This document shows positions 25,548 through 35,329 of a stretch of 35,329 nt of DNA, piece by piece. The notes beneath the pieces were generated by a model. That model saw nothing but the letters and a program-made list of their open reading frames with translations, did no database searches and had not been told where the DNA came from. Every line of letters starts with the position of its first letter. Within the stretch, counting starts at the first letter, position 1. The DNA is from Bigelowiella natans CCMP2755 (Eukaryota; Protista; Cercozoa), in contig ADNK01002102.1 in the NCBI GenBank assembly GCA_000320545.1, forward strand, positions 1 to 35,329, read 5' to 3'. A program made the translations under genes and the position numbers.

Positions 25548-25919
25548 GCATATTCTCTGTTGCTGACAGCGATTAGTTATTCCTAGTGTGTGTATTTGGA
25601 GTGGGGGTGTCTTGTTGCGCCTATAATACAGTGCGTATGTGTATGCTTGTTATTACGTTGGACACTGCTCGATGCTCCTCTCCTTCTAATCCTGTATCGT
25701 GATCTCCGACACTCCTCCTCATTTTTTAATGACCTATTTTCGCAGCGATATTCCAGGAAATCTCACAATACGGTAAAGCTCGTGTTTCGGAAGGTGAAAA
25801 CAAAACCGTCCAGATCAAAGGACACAGAGAAGGAAAAGGACTGGAAGATTCGGTTTAAATCGGAGGAGGAAATGTCAGAGTTCCTGTCAATTTGTAACAA
25901 CTTTTTTGAAAGACAATGA
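20670..25919 (+). CDS. Large protein (over 1100 aa): long acidic/Pro-rich disordered region plus C-terminal PH-like domain
   Basis: Exons approx. 20670-20768, 21097-23655 (contains the 764-aa ORF), 23930-24014, 24220-24418, 24712-25018, 25283-25366, 25746-25919. C-terminus LFSVNKVNKWNSNSAREVEVD...KLVF...WKIRFKSEEEMSEFLSIC has the strand pattern and terminal helix typical of PH folds (inference). Confidence 0.7.
21871..22372 (+). repeat. Coding tandem duplication of about 87 aa (2 diverged copies)
   Basis: KPPQHTSKEE..QQRSEEKEE..RIGMESVQDKD..PPATINLELLPPP versus KPLQSTSEE..QQRSEEKEE..RIGMESIQDKE..PPATINLELPPP. Confidence 0.85.
24135..24180. repeat. (CG)n(CA)n tract, intronic, preceded by (TA)n at 24031-24067
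   Basis: Directly visible. Confidence 0.9.
25423..25543. repeat. (CT)n(CA)n(TA)n(GA)n self-complementary compound microsatellite
   Basis: Directly visible, intronic. Confidence 0.9.
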
Positions 25920-26845
25920 CAAGCATTAGCGGCGACCGCACGCTAGAAAGGAAGGATCCCGATCGATGTTCGGCGGAAATGAAGAAGTAAATTTGAAAAT
26001 AATTGCAAAGAGATTGTACTTGTAAAAGCAGCTTGTTTACGTTCGCTTTAAAAAAAAGAAAAGTAGAATTTGGACAGTTGCATGATTGACATAAATGGGG
26101 TGATGCCACGCTCGTACATCTAGACACATGCACATGATATGAACGAAGCAAGCTAGTTGGCTATGCGCACATACGCACTCTGGCAAGCTAGCAAGCTGTA
26201 AGGTCATGAGCAACGTACTACATGATCCGGGCTGTGCGTGCGCTCATCGGGCACAATTCCACAGCAGTTTGCACCGCTCACATGCATCGCAAAACATTAC
26301 AATAACTTCATTTTTTCACCAAGGAAATCATCATACGATGTGTAATAATGGTGCATACTGCATGGCACATATATATCACGACATGCATGCTGCATGCATG
26401 TGCATACGCGTGCCAGGCACCTGCTGCCCATGCCACATGCAAGACATAAAGCTGCGTTGCAATTTGATTATTAATCTGTAAACGATATAACGCACTGTGG
26501 CTCCGTATCGAATATACATGTCGTAGCGATGGCCACATCTAAGCATATAATTCGCATCCTCGATCCTTGCTAGATTCACTTGGTCCTCTTCGCATCGTCG
26601 CTGGGAGTAGTTGTGCTCTCTGTAGTTTGCCCACTTGAGTTATCTATCTTGGTATTGCTGTAGTAGTATTCAATAGTCTAATATAACAACTGCATCATCT
26701 GTCTCTCGATGGGGGTAGTAGTAGTCGTAACACTCTATTTGGTCAAGACAACACTGCACTAAATTTTCTGTACATAAGTCCTTGGGTCGTCATCTGTTAT
26801 TTGTTGCAGATTCGCTCAAATCCGAACGATCGCATCACATTGCGC
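25920..26845. other. Convergent intergenic spacer 4 with RY/palindrome block
   Basis: Examples tgcatgcatgtgcatacgcgtgc (26391-26413), tatgcgcacatacgcac, gcaagctagcaagct. Confidence 0.78.
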
Positions 26846-27172
26846 CTACTCGATTTCTTCTACCAGCTGAAAGTTATGTCACATGCACAAAGAAAAAGGT
26901 GAATAAGGACGTTGGGGGCGGAGGAGAACAGAGATGAAGATTTACACCAACCCGAGATTTCCCCCTCCTTTGCAGAGCTTCAGCAGCTGATTAATGCATA
27001 GCAGAAAAGCTCAGGAATCAGTCATAAAAATGGCTACCGATAGAAGGTAGTTGCCCTATTTCATCAGGAACACTAGTTGTCGAATCGCCGTCGTAAGTAT
27101 CCTTATCACTTCAACATTCCATTTTCACATCAGCGCACATGCTCACGCTCACTTGTCATCATTATCATCAAT

Positions 27173-27209
<37 letters not shown>

Positions 27210-27848
27210 CAATCGTCCAGTACCACATCCGCTCTGTTCTATTTTCATCCTCCTCCTCCTCCGCTACCCTACCTTTCAGGTTCAACATTCGGTTCTGAGT
27301 CTTCGAAGATCCATCTTCTTTGACAACGAGAACAGGCACCTTGAAGGAGGGGAAAAGGGAGAGGAAGCGAAGCATTCAGAGAGGAAGGAGGAGGTCATCA
27401 CAATATGAGCCGACAACAACAAAAAAGTCACATCTCATCATCATGATCATCATCACCAAGAACACCACCAACATCAACGCACTACTATTATTCTCGCGAG
27501 AAGAAAACACACCTTACAATTGTGAACGCAGTACCCACTTACACTGCCTAAAAGGAAACGCTTCACAGCCCCTGTAACAACAACAACAACAACAAACACG
27601 TCGACAACGATGACGATAGTGATGATGGTGATGCTGCTACCACTACCACTACTACTACTTGCAGCTGTGATGGCGGTAGCAAGAACGATTTAATAACAAT
27701 ATCAACTTATACCCTACCTAGTCCTCGGCTAGCAACGACCAAAAGGTCTGCATTGTGCGAAACCGCATAGTCGCATATCTGTTGCGAAGCACAAATCTTC
27801 AGAAACACAAACATGCGTATATATGTGGATGTGTACATTATTGTCTCC

Positions 27849-27928
<80 letters not shown>

Positions 27929-28063
27929 TTAAAACTTAGGGCATAGCTTCGCAACACCTCATGGTTGCGGCTCCCGCGCATGACTGTCGCGGAGGGCTTC
28001 GTGGACAGAGTTCCTAACAAGCATCGTATTATCTTTTCCGCCATCATCCATCTCATGCTCATT

Positions 28064-28096
<33 letters not shown>

Positions 28097-28619
28097 GTCA
28101 TTGTTAGTCAACACCCAACACAAAGCAATAGTAGCGGATACAGGCCCAGCGTGAGTAGTTCACTAACCGATTTCCATGCACTTTCGCTGGTAGTCTGTCT
28201 GTTGATGAGAAGGGGCGGAGAGGAGGAAGGGTAAGTCGCAGCGGCAGCAGGTGTAAATTAAGAATCACACACATCTACATAAATCAATGGAAATAGCAGG
28301 ACGAGGCGAAGAAGCGTGGGAGGGAGAGACGGAATTCCGACGTTTCGCCGAAGTCGTCGTTGTACTTGCTACTTCTACCGCGACTCCTTGCTAGGTAACT
28401 CACCATCATCTGAATTGCCTTGTGCTCGCCGCTAATTTCCAGCTTACGGTTCTGATCGCCGATAGATTCCAGAGCAGAATCGAGATGTGCATCGATCGGA
28501 CCTACGCGGTGTTGACACGGGGGTGTACAGACAGAGGCACATATACATATGTTTATACACAATATGTGTGAAGATTAATTTCTGTCTGTACACGACAAAT
28601 GGTGTCGAAAACATACATC

Positions 28620-28653
<34 letters not shown>

Positions 28654-30083
28654 TACTGCCCCACACTATGAGTAAGCCTGACTACTTGAAGGGACATTAC
28701 TAAAAGTGACTTTCAGGATGATGTATACAATCTCTTGCTCCCTTCCTCCCTCCCTCTCCCCCCTCATACGCGTCGTTGCTCCTACCTACATACCTACCAT
28801 GCATTTCAGAGGAAGGAGCGATGGGATCGAAGTCGAAGACATGAAGAAGGTGAACCTAATGACATGATCGAAGCAACCAAAAGCAGCAGGAGCATATCAT
28901 GAGGAGGGAGAGTGCCCATAATGACCTGAGCGAGAATGCTGGCATTGTTTCATTGTGGGTTAGTTGTCAGTTGTTCAGTAGCTAGCATTACGACACTCTG
29001 CTGCCATTCCCCACTACTTACATCATCATTGCTCGAGAAGAGCTTCTTGTTGCACCATTCCAGGGCTTGGATGCTAGAGGGGGAGGGGGGGGGGGGGGGG
29101 GGGGCATGATTATGGCCATGATGAACGATGTGAATGAGGTATTAGTGATTATTATCAGATGTATCAATCGCAGTGAAAAGCTGCAGTACCTGTGCTCAGA
29201 AGAGTCCACACACACTACAATTCTTCTCCCGCTATCTTCTTTATCTGTGAATTGATACTTGGAATTAGTACTTGAGGCGAGTCGTTCTCGCTCTCTAACA
29301 CCTCCGCCCCCCCCCCCCTCTTTCCTCCCCTTCCTCCCAATTTTTCCTTAAGATCTACTCAAGGGGGAGAACTTACGTCGAGCGACTTTCATAGGATCCA
29401 GATCTGACCAGACGAATTTGTTTTCCCACCTGACAACAAATGCAATGCATGCTTATGCTTAGTTTTTCCATTGCTGCTAAACAAGCTTCTTCACATTCAT
29501 ATATAGAATGTTTAGCTAGGTACCTTGCCCCTGGTGGTCGAAGCATAACTCTTTCAGGCCGCCTAAACCTTCTTGTACCCCCTAGGGGCCTAAGAACCAG
29601 TTTTGGATATTGTGGAGAGAGAAGGCCTCTCGTCACAACCTTGTTATCGCCGCTGTGACCAATAGCAGAGGCTACGCTTGCCTTCGCACTCAATGACGAT
29701 GTTGATGATGATAGCGACAACGATGAGGAGGAGGAAGATGGAGGCGGGCAAAGCCCCCGCCCATCGATCCTCCGTTCGGAGGGAGGGCAACGGAAAGGCC
29801 CAGTCGGTTTATGTTTGACGAAGCGAGGCATCAACGGTACGAAAGGTGCAATGCTGCTCCGTGCGGGCACGCTCAACATTGAGGGAAAGCCTATCGATCG
29901 ATTGTTCAAATACAGCACAAATACATCGTGGAGAAACATTAAGCGAAATGCGGGTGTGGAAAACGGAAGCCTACGAATTTGACCTTGGATTCCTCCGCCG
30001 TAGTGGAGCAAGACAATCATGGCGGTGACACAGCACATTGCCCCCACGGAATACATTGGTCGTAGGATTCCGGATGCTACCAT
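26846..30083 (-). CDS. Universal stress protein (UspA domain) with signal peptide plus transit-peptide-like leader, 14 exons
   Basis: Spliced minus-strand exons give RRIVVCVDSSEHSIQALEWC...DDVHLLHV...ICDYAVSHNADLLVVASRGLGAVKRFLLGSVSGYCVHNCKVPVLVVK, a textbook USP domain. ATG at 30083 starts a hydrophobic exon 1 (30083-29984). Exon 2 (29890-29524) is rich in S/P/R. Last exon LVEEIE* is 26866-26846. Confidence 0.9.
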
Positions 30084-31192
30084 CGTCGTTCTTTTTCCTT
30101 GCCAAAGGTCTTCTTCGCTCGCGCCACGAATAGCTTTGGGAGCGCGTGTCCTCCGTAGCATTGGAACGAACTGAAGAAACCCCACCAAAAAAGCATCCCC
30201 GAGCTGAATTTCACTACGTCCATAGAAAACGGGCTGAATTTTTACTTTGCGTCAACCTCGGAAGCTGCTTAACATGGAAAAGCTCCTAGCCTATGTGCAT
30301 TGATGGTACGAGTTACGAGTTCCAGAAGCGATTAAGTATCAAGCTTTGAGAAACAGACTCTTCCATACCGGGCAAATAGAAGGAATATTTTAAGTTTCAG
30401 AACCGCCATCGAAGTCTTTTCGTGAAAAATAGCGGCAATTTGATTTTCCAGTGGGGGAAAGTAGAGAACTTTTAATTTGTAAAACTTGCCGTTGTGACCA
30501 CTTCTCATGTTGGAAGCTGATAGTTCGAAAACAACACCGTCTGCAAATGCAAGACGTTTAGGTTCAAAACAAAACAATTTTTCGAGACGCAACAAAAAAT
30601 AGAGAGAAGGTCCAGGATGACGGGCACCACGTTCATCTTTCGCAAACCGTATTCTTGGGAAAATCATTGTCCTATTATCGGTTTGCCCGGCATCTTTGAT
30701 GAAAATAGTCGAAAATAATATTTCTTTGTTTGGCTTCCTTACTCTTCTTGTTTTTTGTTCGAGCACCGATTCCACTAGCCTAATTACTAATTACCGGTAT
30801 TCTCCCGAGATAAATGAATTGGATAAAAACGCTAAAAATAAACTCTGGGGAGACCGGCAAATTTGGACCCAATTTCATTGAATTTCACAAGAGGAGATGT
30901 GCAGAAATCTCCACCTTGTCATTATCATTTCTCCAGCCACGTTTTTTCTGAACGAACTCCTAGACAAAGATGTAAACCGGAAACATCTTGAAAAACATCC
31001 CACCGAAATTTCCATACACACATAGACGAACGCATGTCGCAACAAGAGGTGATCGTTGAAAAATGGTGTGGATTTGATGCCAATTTGGGGAAATTTGGCG
31101 GTGATTTGTTGTTTTTTGCTGATTTTGGGTCAGCACGTTACCGAGGCGTGGTGTAGTACTACCACACGCACAAACGGGGTTGCACTGCCAAA
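30084..31192. promoter_or_regulatory. Divergent intergenic/promoter region (USP / FG-GAP gene)
   Basis: Rich in A/T tracts (aaattt, gaaaa, ttttc); lies between divergent ATGs. Confidence 0.45.
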
Positions 31193-31589
31193 ATGATGCG
31201 CCCATGGACCGCCATCGCCATTTTCGGGATGCAGATTGCATCCCTTCGCCAATCAGAGACTGAGGCTTCTTACCGCCTCGTTCTTAAGAATAACATTTCC
31301 ATTCCGCGCCCGGCTTTCCTCTCCCTTCCTTGCGTAGACTACGGCAAAATGGCGCAGGGACCTTGTCCAAAGCCTTTGGTATCACTTACACGCGTTGAAG
31401 CATACACTTGGTTCGAAGAATTATATTTACTGATGTAATTCTATTATTAGGAGGATATACTGCTTGCGACGTCGTTCGGTCCAACTGGGAAACCCGGCAT
31501 TTACATGATGAAAAATCTTTCATCGAGCAACCCTGTTCCCCATCTCATCCCGGTAGTAATTGCAGTCGTTGCCGTCGTCATCGAATCAC

Positions 31590-31672
<83 letters not shown>

Positions 31673-34208
31673 GTAGTAGTAGGAGAAGTATCAGTAGAGA
31701 AGAAGAAGAAATAGTAGTAGTGGTAGTGGTGGTGCTGGTAGTAGTAGCAGATCAGGAGCAGTATCGGTAGTAGGAGGAAGGGGTGGAAGAGGAGGAGGAG
31801 GAGAAGCGAGGAATGGTAGTGTAGTATTCCTCCATGCATCATGACCATCTAAACTATTTCTATATATATCTTGTTCTTGTTGCTAATCTCCGTTTCTCAT
31901 TTTAAATTATCGATATCTTCTTGTTAGGGGACCGATAAGGATCTTGTATGGCCAAACGGTTTAACTCCCGTGCCAAGCAGCGCGAAGATGATTCTTGGCG
32001 ATGGCTTTCTGGTTCCCGGAAAATCGACCGGCGGCATATATACTGTGGATTTGGCAGATGAAGAAGCAACATCGGCTGTGAAAAGGATCTCCCCAAGCGA
32101 ATCTGGATGGTTCTATCACGTTGGATATCCTTATGATGTCGATCGCGACGGAGATTTAGACATCGTGGCCGCACGCGCAAAGTCGCCTCCGGTGCTGCCT
32201 TGGAAGGAGAAGGAGGGCGAGGTTATAAAGTTTTTGCGCGTCAGTAATATTTTTTTTGGCATTGGAAGTGAGGCAAATGAGCATGAAGTGCGATGTCGGG
32301 GAGGAGGACGGGAGGGGGAGAGGGAATGGAAGGAAAACGGAAATACTGTGTGTTAATAATGCGAAATATATGATTTTTAATTGAAATGCTTGCGGCTGCT
32401 GATCATTAGCTCGTGTGGTTGGAGAATCCCGGCAGTGAAAACGACGGAGGAGATTGGGCTCTCAAACCTCTGGTGCAAGGCCAAGGGGCCCCAGATTTCC
32501 TCTTTGATGCCCGGATTCTCCCTGGTTCTTCTGGTAACTACAGTCGCCTTCAAATCGCTGCTCCCGAGTATTACGGAGAACGCCTAGTGCTTTACACGGA
32601 AAAGAAAAGACAACCGCAGGATCCCCTCGAGTTTGATGTACGCGTTGTGGACGCGAACTTGGGCCATGGATTTGCGTGCTCTTGGGTCGATCTCAATCGT
32701 GATGGGTGAGACCAATGAGGAAGCAATCGTTGATATCCATACTCATAGAACGTGATTTCCCTTCTTTCTGAGTCTGATGCGAGCCCCAATTTGTTTTGAG
32801 GCCTGAAGAATATTGACGATGAGAACTTACACTACTTTAGTTGCCGTTTGTCGGTTCTCTCACTTGAAAAATATTTCTTGACATTAACTGATTATTCTTC
32901 ATTCTCCATGAACGTATTTCAACGCAGAAATCTTGAGCTTTTGGCCACAAATCATAAGATCAGAGGCGGAGCAGTGTACGCGTATGAGTGGGCTCATGGG
33001 GTAGTAACACTAAGCGTGCAGGCGTTTGTGCTGTTCACTGTTTTCTTCACCACCATGATGCAGATATGAGTCGTATCGATTCTACGTTACCGATTAGAGA
33101 CAATGTTGGTGACGTAAGGCGAAGTGTCCTCCTACTTATTTGTGTTCCATCGGCAAAAATACACCCGATGCCTTTGTTTTTTTGCGTGGCGAGTAGACAG
33201 ACCGTAATTGATTATATTGTAATGATGGCAACGTCAGGTTAACCCTTCGGAAGCCGATCCAATCGCGAGGCACGTGCTTGCAGATGGGTTCCACGCTACC
33301 AAGCCTTTGCCTGGATTCGCATCTCCGGGTATGCATCTAAACATAAAGACTCATGTAAATAATCGGATGGTATCTTGGTAATGATGGAAGGTGATTGTGT
33401 GTGAAGTATGAGTATTACTAGGAATTAGAATTATAACACACATGCACATGCACATGCACACATACAGACACTCACATAAACATATTTATTCATATGTATG
33501 TTTGTGTGTTCAGGAAAAGCTTCAGAAGTTCTCCCACATGGAAATTCCTCCACACTACCACATATAATTGTCTCCGCCGACAACGAAAACGATGTGGTGC
33601 GAATTCATGGCTATCTCTGTAGATCACTCAAACATCGCCCTTTTCTTCTTAGATCTCCACTTGCGTAGCAATAATCCCAGTGTGTTTGCTGCAATATATT
33701 AGTTTCATCTCATACCCGTTCTGGACGCTGCCGGCAAATTTGAGTTCCAATACACGAAGGAGAAGCTTCCGGAGGCTGTTGGATCGGATATTGGCCAAAT
33801 CGCCGTGGTAACAAAAGAGCGAAGCATAGCGGGAACAGATGCATACGAATACGCATTACGTGTAGATGTGTTCACGAATCATTTCAGCTTGCACGAAGAC
33901 GCTGCTTGTATATTTTGGGTGTTCTCCTTTTCGTTTCCTCATTCTTCACGGTTGCCTTCCCCCTCTCTGTTTTCTTTTTGAACCATGAACGTAATAATGA
34001 GCCGTTGTACGACATTTAAATTGTTCCATTCTGCGAGGATTAAAACTCACTTCAGCAAATGAGAACGTAGAGGTCCTGCTGTCCCTCTTCCCTAAGAAGT
34101 AGTTTGTAAAATTTTTAGGGTGATACAGATGGAGATGGATTCGCTGATGTGTACGTGCCGCTCTACGACTCGGACATCGTTCTGCACTACGAGTTTGAGC
34201 TTAATTAG
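31193..34208 (+). CDS. Probably secreted FG-GAP/VCBS-repeat beta-propeller protein, 9 exons
   Basis: Exons start at 31193, 31451, 31928, 32410, 32928, 33238, 33514, about 33703 and 34119. Ca-binding loops DVDRDGDLD, DLNRDGNLE and DTDGDGFAD; also WPNG, GFLVPGKSTGGI, GWFYH, LVWLENP. Short hydrophobic N-terminus. Stop TAG at 34206-34208. Confidence 0.82.
31590..31671. repeat. (GTA)n, about 27 units, in intron 2 of the FG-GAP gene
   Basis: Directly visible. Confidence 0.92.
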
Positions 34209-34963
34209 TCAAGCTAGCAGCAAAAAATGCCGATTCAGGAGTGCTCATGATGCCTTCGCTTAGAGAACAAATAGAATCAACTGAAGAGTTTGCACGCTGT
34301 AGTGGCAGCGCTGGATGCACAATGGTGACATGCAGGTGCGTGTTTATGTCAGTCAATATGTAAAGCATCGCTTGTCATGCACACGCCACACGCATTCTAG
34401 CACTATGTACGTGCATGTATATATAGCATGCCATCTCTGTAGCGCACGTTTAGACGTACTGCCGTGCACACTACTGGAACGCACATATTATATACGTATC
34501 GGGTACACCTACTGCCTGCTAGCCTGGCCGGCTTCGATTCGCGCGTGCATGCGCTCTGCCAGCACTATACTAGATATATCGTAGATGTACGTTTATAAAA
34601 TGCGCACGTACATGCACGTGCTAGTACATTTTCGAGAATCCTCGATCTAAATGTATGTAGACCCCTGGCGTTGCTGTGTGTTGCAGCTTCGAAAATGCAA
34701 GGGATTTTCGAATGCATGCATGCATGTAGGCTGTGTAGCAGCTTGGTAGTGCATATTCCTTCGTTCACCTGGCAAGGCCCTTCATAATTTGTGCGTTAGC
34801 TTGCATGGCGCCTTAATTACTCTTCTTACATGTAGCTATGGTTCGTCGCTACGTTCCATTCTATTTTTTATAGAGACTGTATGTCTATATATACTTCATC
34901 AAATTGATCAACACACCATCCTACGCGAGACCTACAATTTTATTGGAAACGTTGCCAATGTCA
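34209..34963. other. Convergent intergenic spacer 5 with RY/palindrome block
   Basis: Examples tatgtacgtgcatgtatatata (about 34404-34425), atgcgcacgtacatgcacgtgc (34600-34621), atgcatgcatgcatgta. Confidence 0.78.
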
Positions 34964-35161
34964 CTATCTTCTACGCTCTCTTGATTTGTCTCGCGAATCT
35001 TTCCTGCCTCTGTCCCTGCTAGGCGACTTGGAGTAGCTCCTTCGCCTCTCTCTCCGTGACCACCGGCTATTCCTTCTTCTATCCCGGTCTCTATCTCTGT
35101 CCCGGTCTCTGTCTCTGTCCCTTTCTTCGTTCCTACCATTGTCTCGATCTTTTCGAGCAGT
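34964..35161 (-). CDS. Terminal exon of an RD/RS-rich protein (splicing-factor-like tail); rest of the gene lies beyond the window
   Basis: After the acceptor tcacag the frame reads TARKDRDNGRNEERDRDRDRDRDRDRDRRRNSRWSRRERRRSYSKSPSRDRGRKDSRDKSRERRR*. This is a different frame from the listed 34921-35139 ORF. Confidence 0.7.
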   Translation of the reverse strand, partial: TARKDRDNGRNEERDRDRDRDRDRDRDRRRNSRWSRRERRRSYSKSPSRDRGRKDSRDKSRERRR

Positions 35162-35206
35162 CTGTGAGTTGTTTGATTAGTATCTCGTAATAAATATATA
35201 GATGTA

Positions 35207-35283
<77 letters not shown>

Positions 35284-35329
35284 TTATATTATGATTCTTT
35301 AGATTAGTGTCTCGCTGTAAATATATCAA

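Noticed and set aside
30332-30775. 147-aa minus-strand ORF in the divergent spacer
   Set aside because: Non-ATG start and no recognisable motif. It cannot be fully excluded without RNA data.
31408-31848. Poly-V and poly-Y ORFs
   Set aside because: Produced by the intronic (GTA)n repeat.

Overview
Eukaryotic, intron-rich nuclear DNA. The supplied ORF track is mostly exon fragments or microsatellite artefacts. Splicing by hand at GT/AG sites with consistent phase gives ten protein genes whose strands alternate strictly (+,-,+,-,...). In order: (1) a 5'-partial protein with a thioredoxin-fold segment; (2) a hypothetical protein with a weak RRM-like start; (3) an Iota-class, cyanobacterial-type CPYC glutathione transferase with an Arg-rich presequence; (4) Derlin; (5) cohesin subunit SCC3/STAG; (6) an atypical three-TM 'DHFC' palmitoyltransferase-like protein lacking most zinc ligands; (7) a long acidic disordered protein with a C-terminal PH-like domain; (8) a universal stress protein with a signal peptide plus transit-peptide-like leader; (9) a secreted FG-GAP beta-propeller; (10) the last exon of an RS/RD-rich protein. 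The most striking unexplained structure is intergenic. All five tail-to-tail spacers are 0.69-0.93 kb and hold a non-repetitive block of alternating purine-pyrimidine, short-palindrome DNA (CATG/TGCA/ACGT/AGCT/GCTAGC). The head-to-head spacers lack this block, and the three longer ones are rich in A/T tracts. The bipartite leader, cyanobacterial-type GST and microsatellite-laden introns suggest an alga with a secondary plastid (chlorarachniophyte-like); this is inference only. All exon coordinates are manual predictions and are not transcript-verified.
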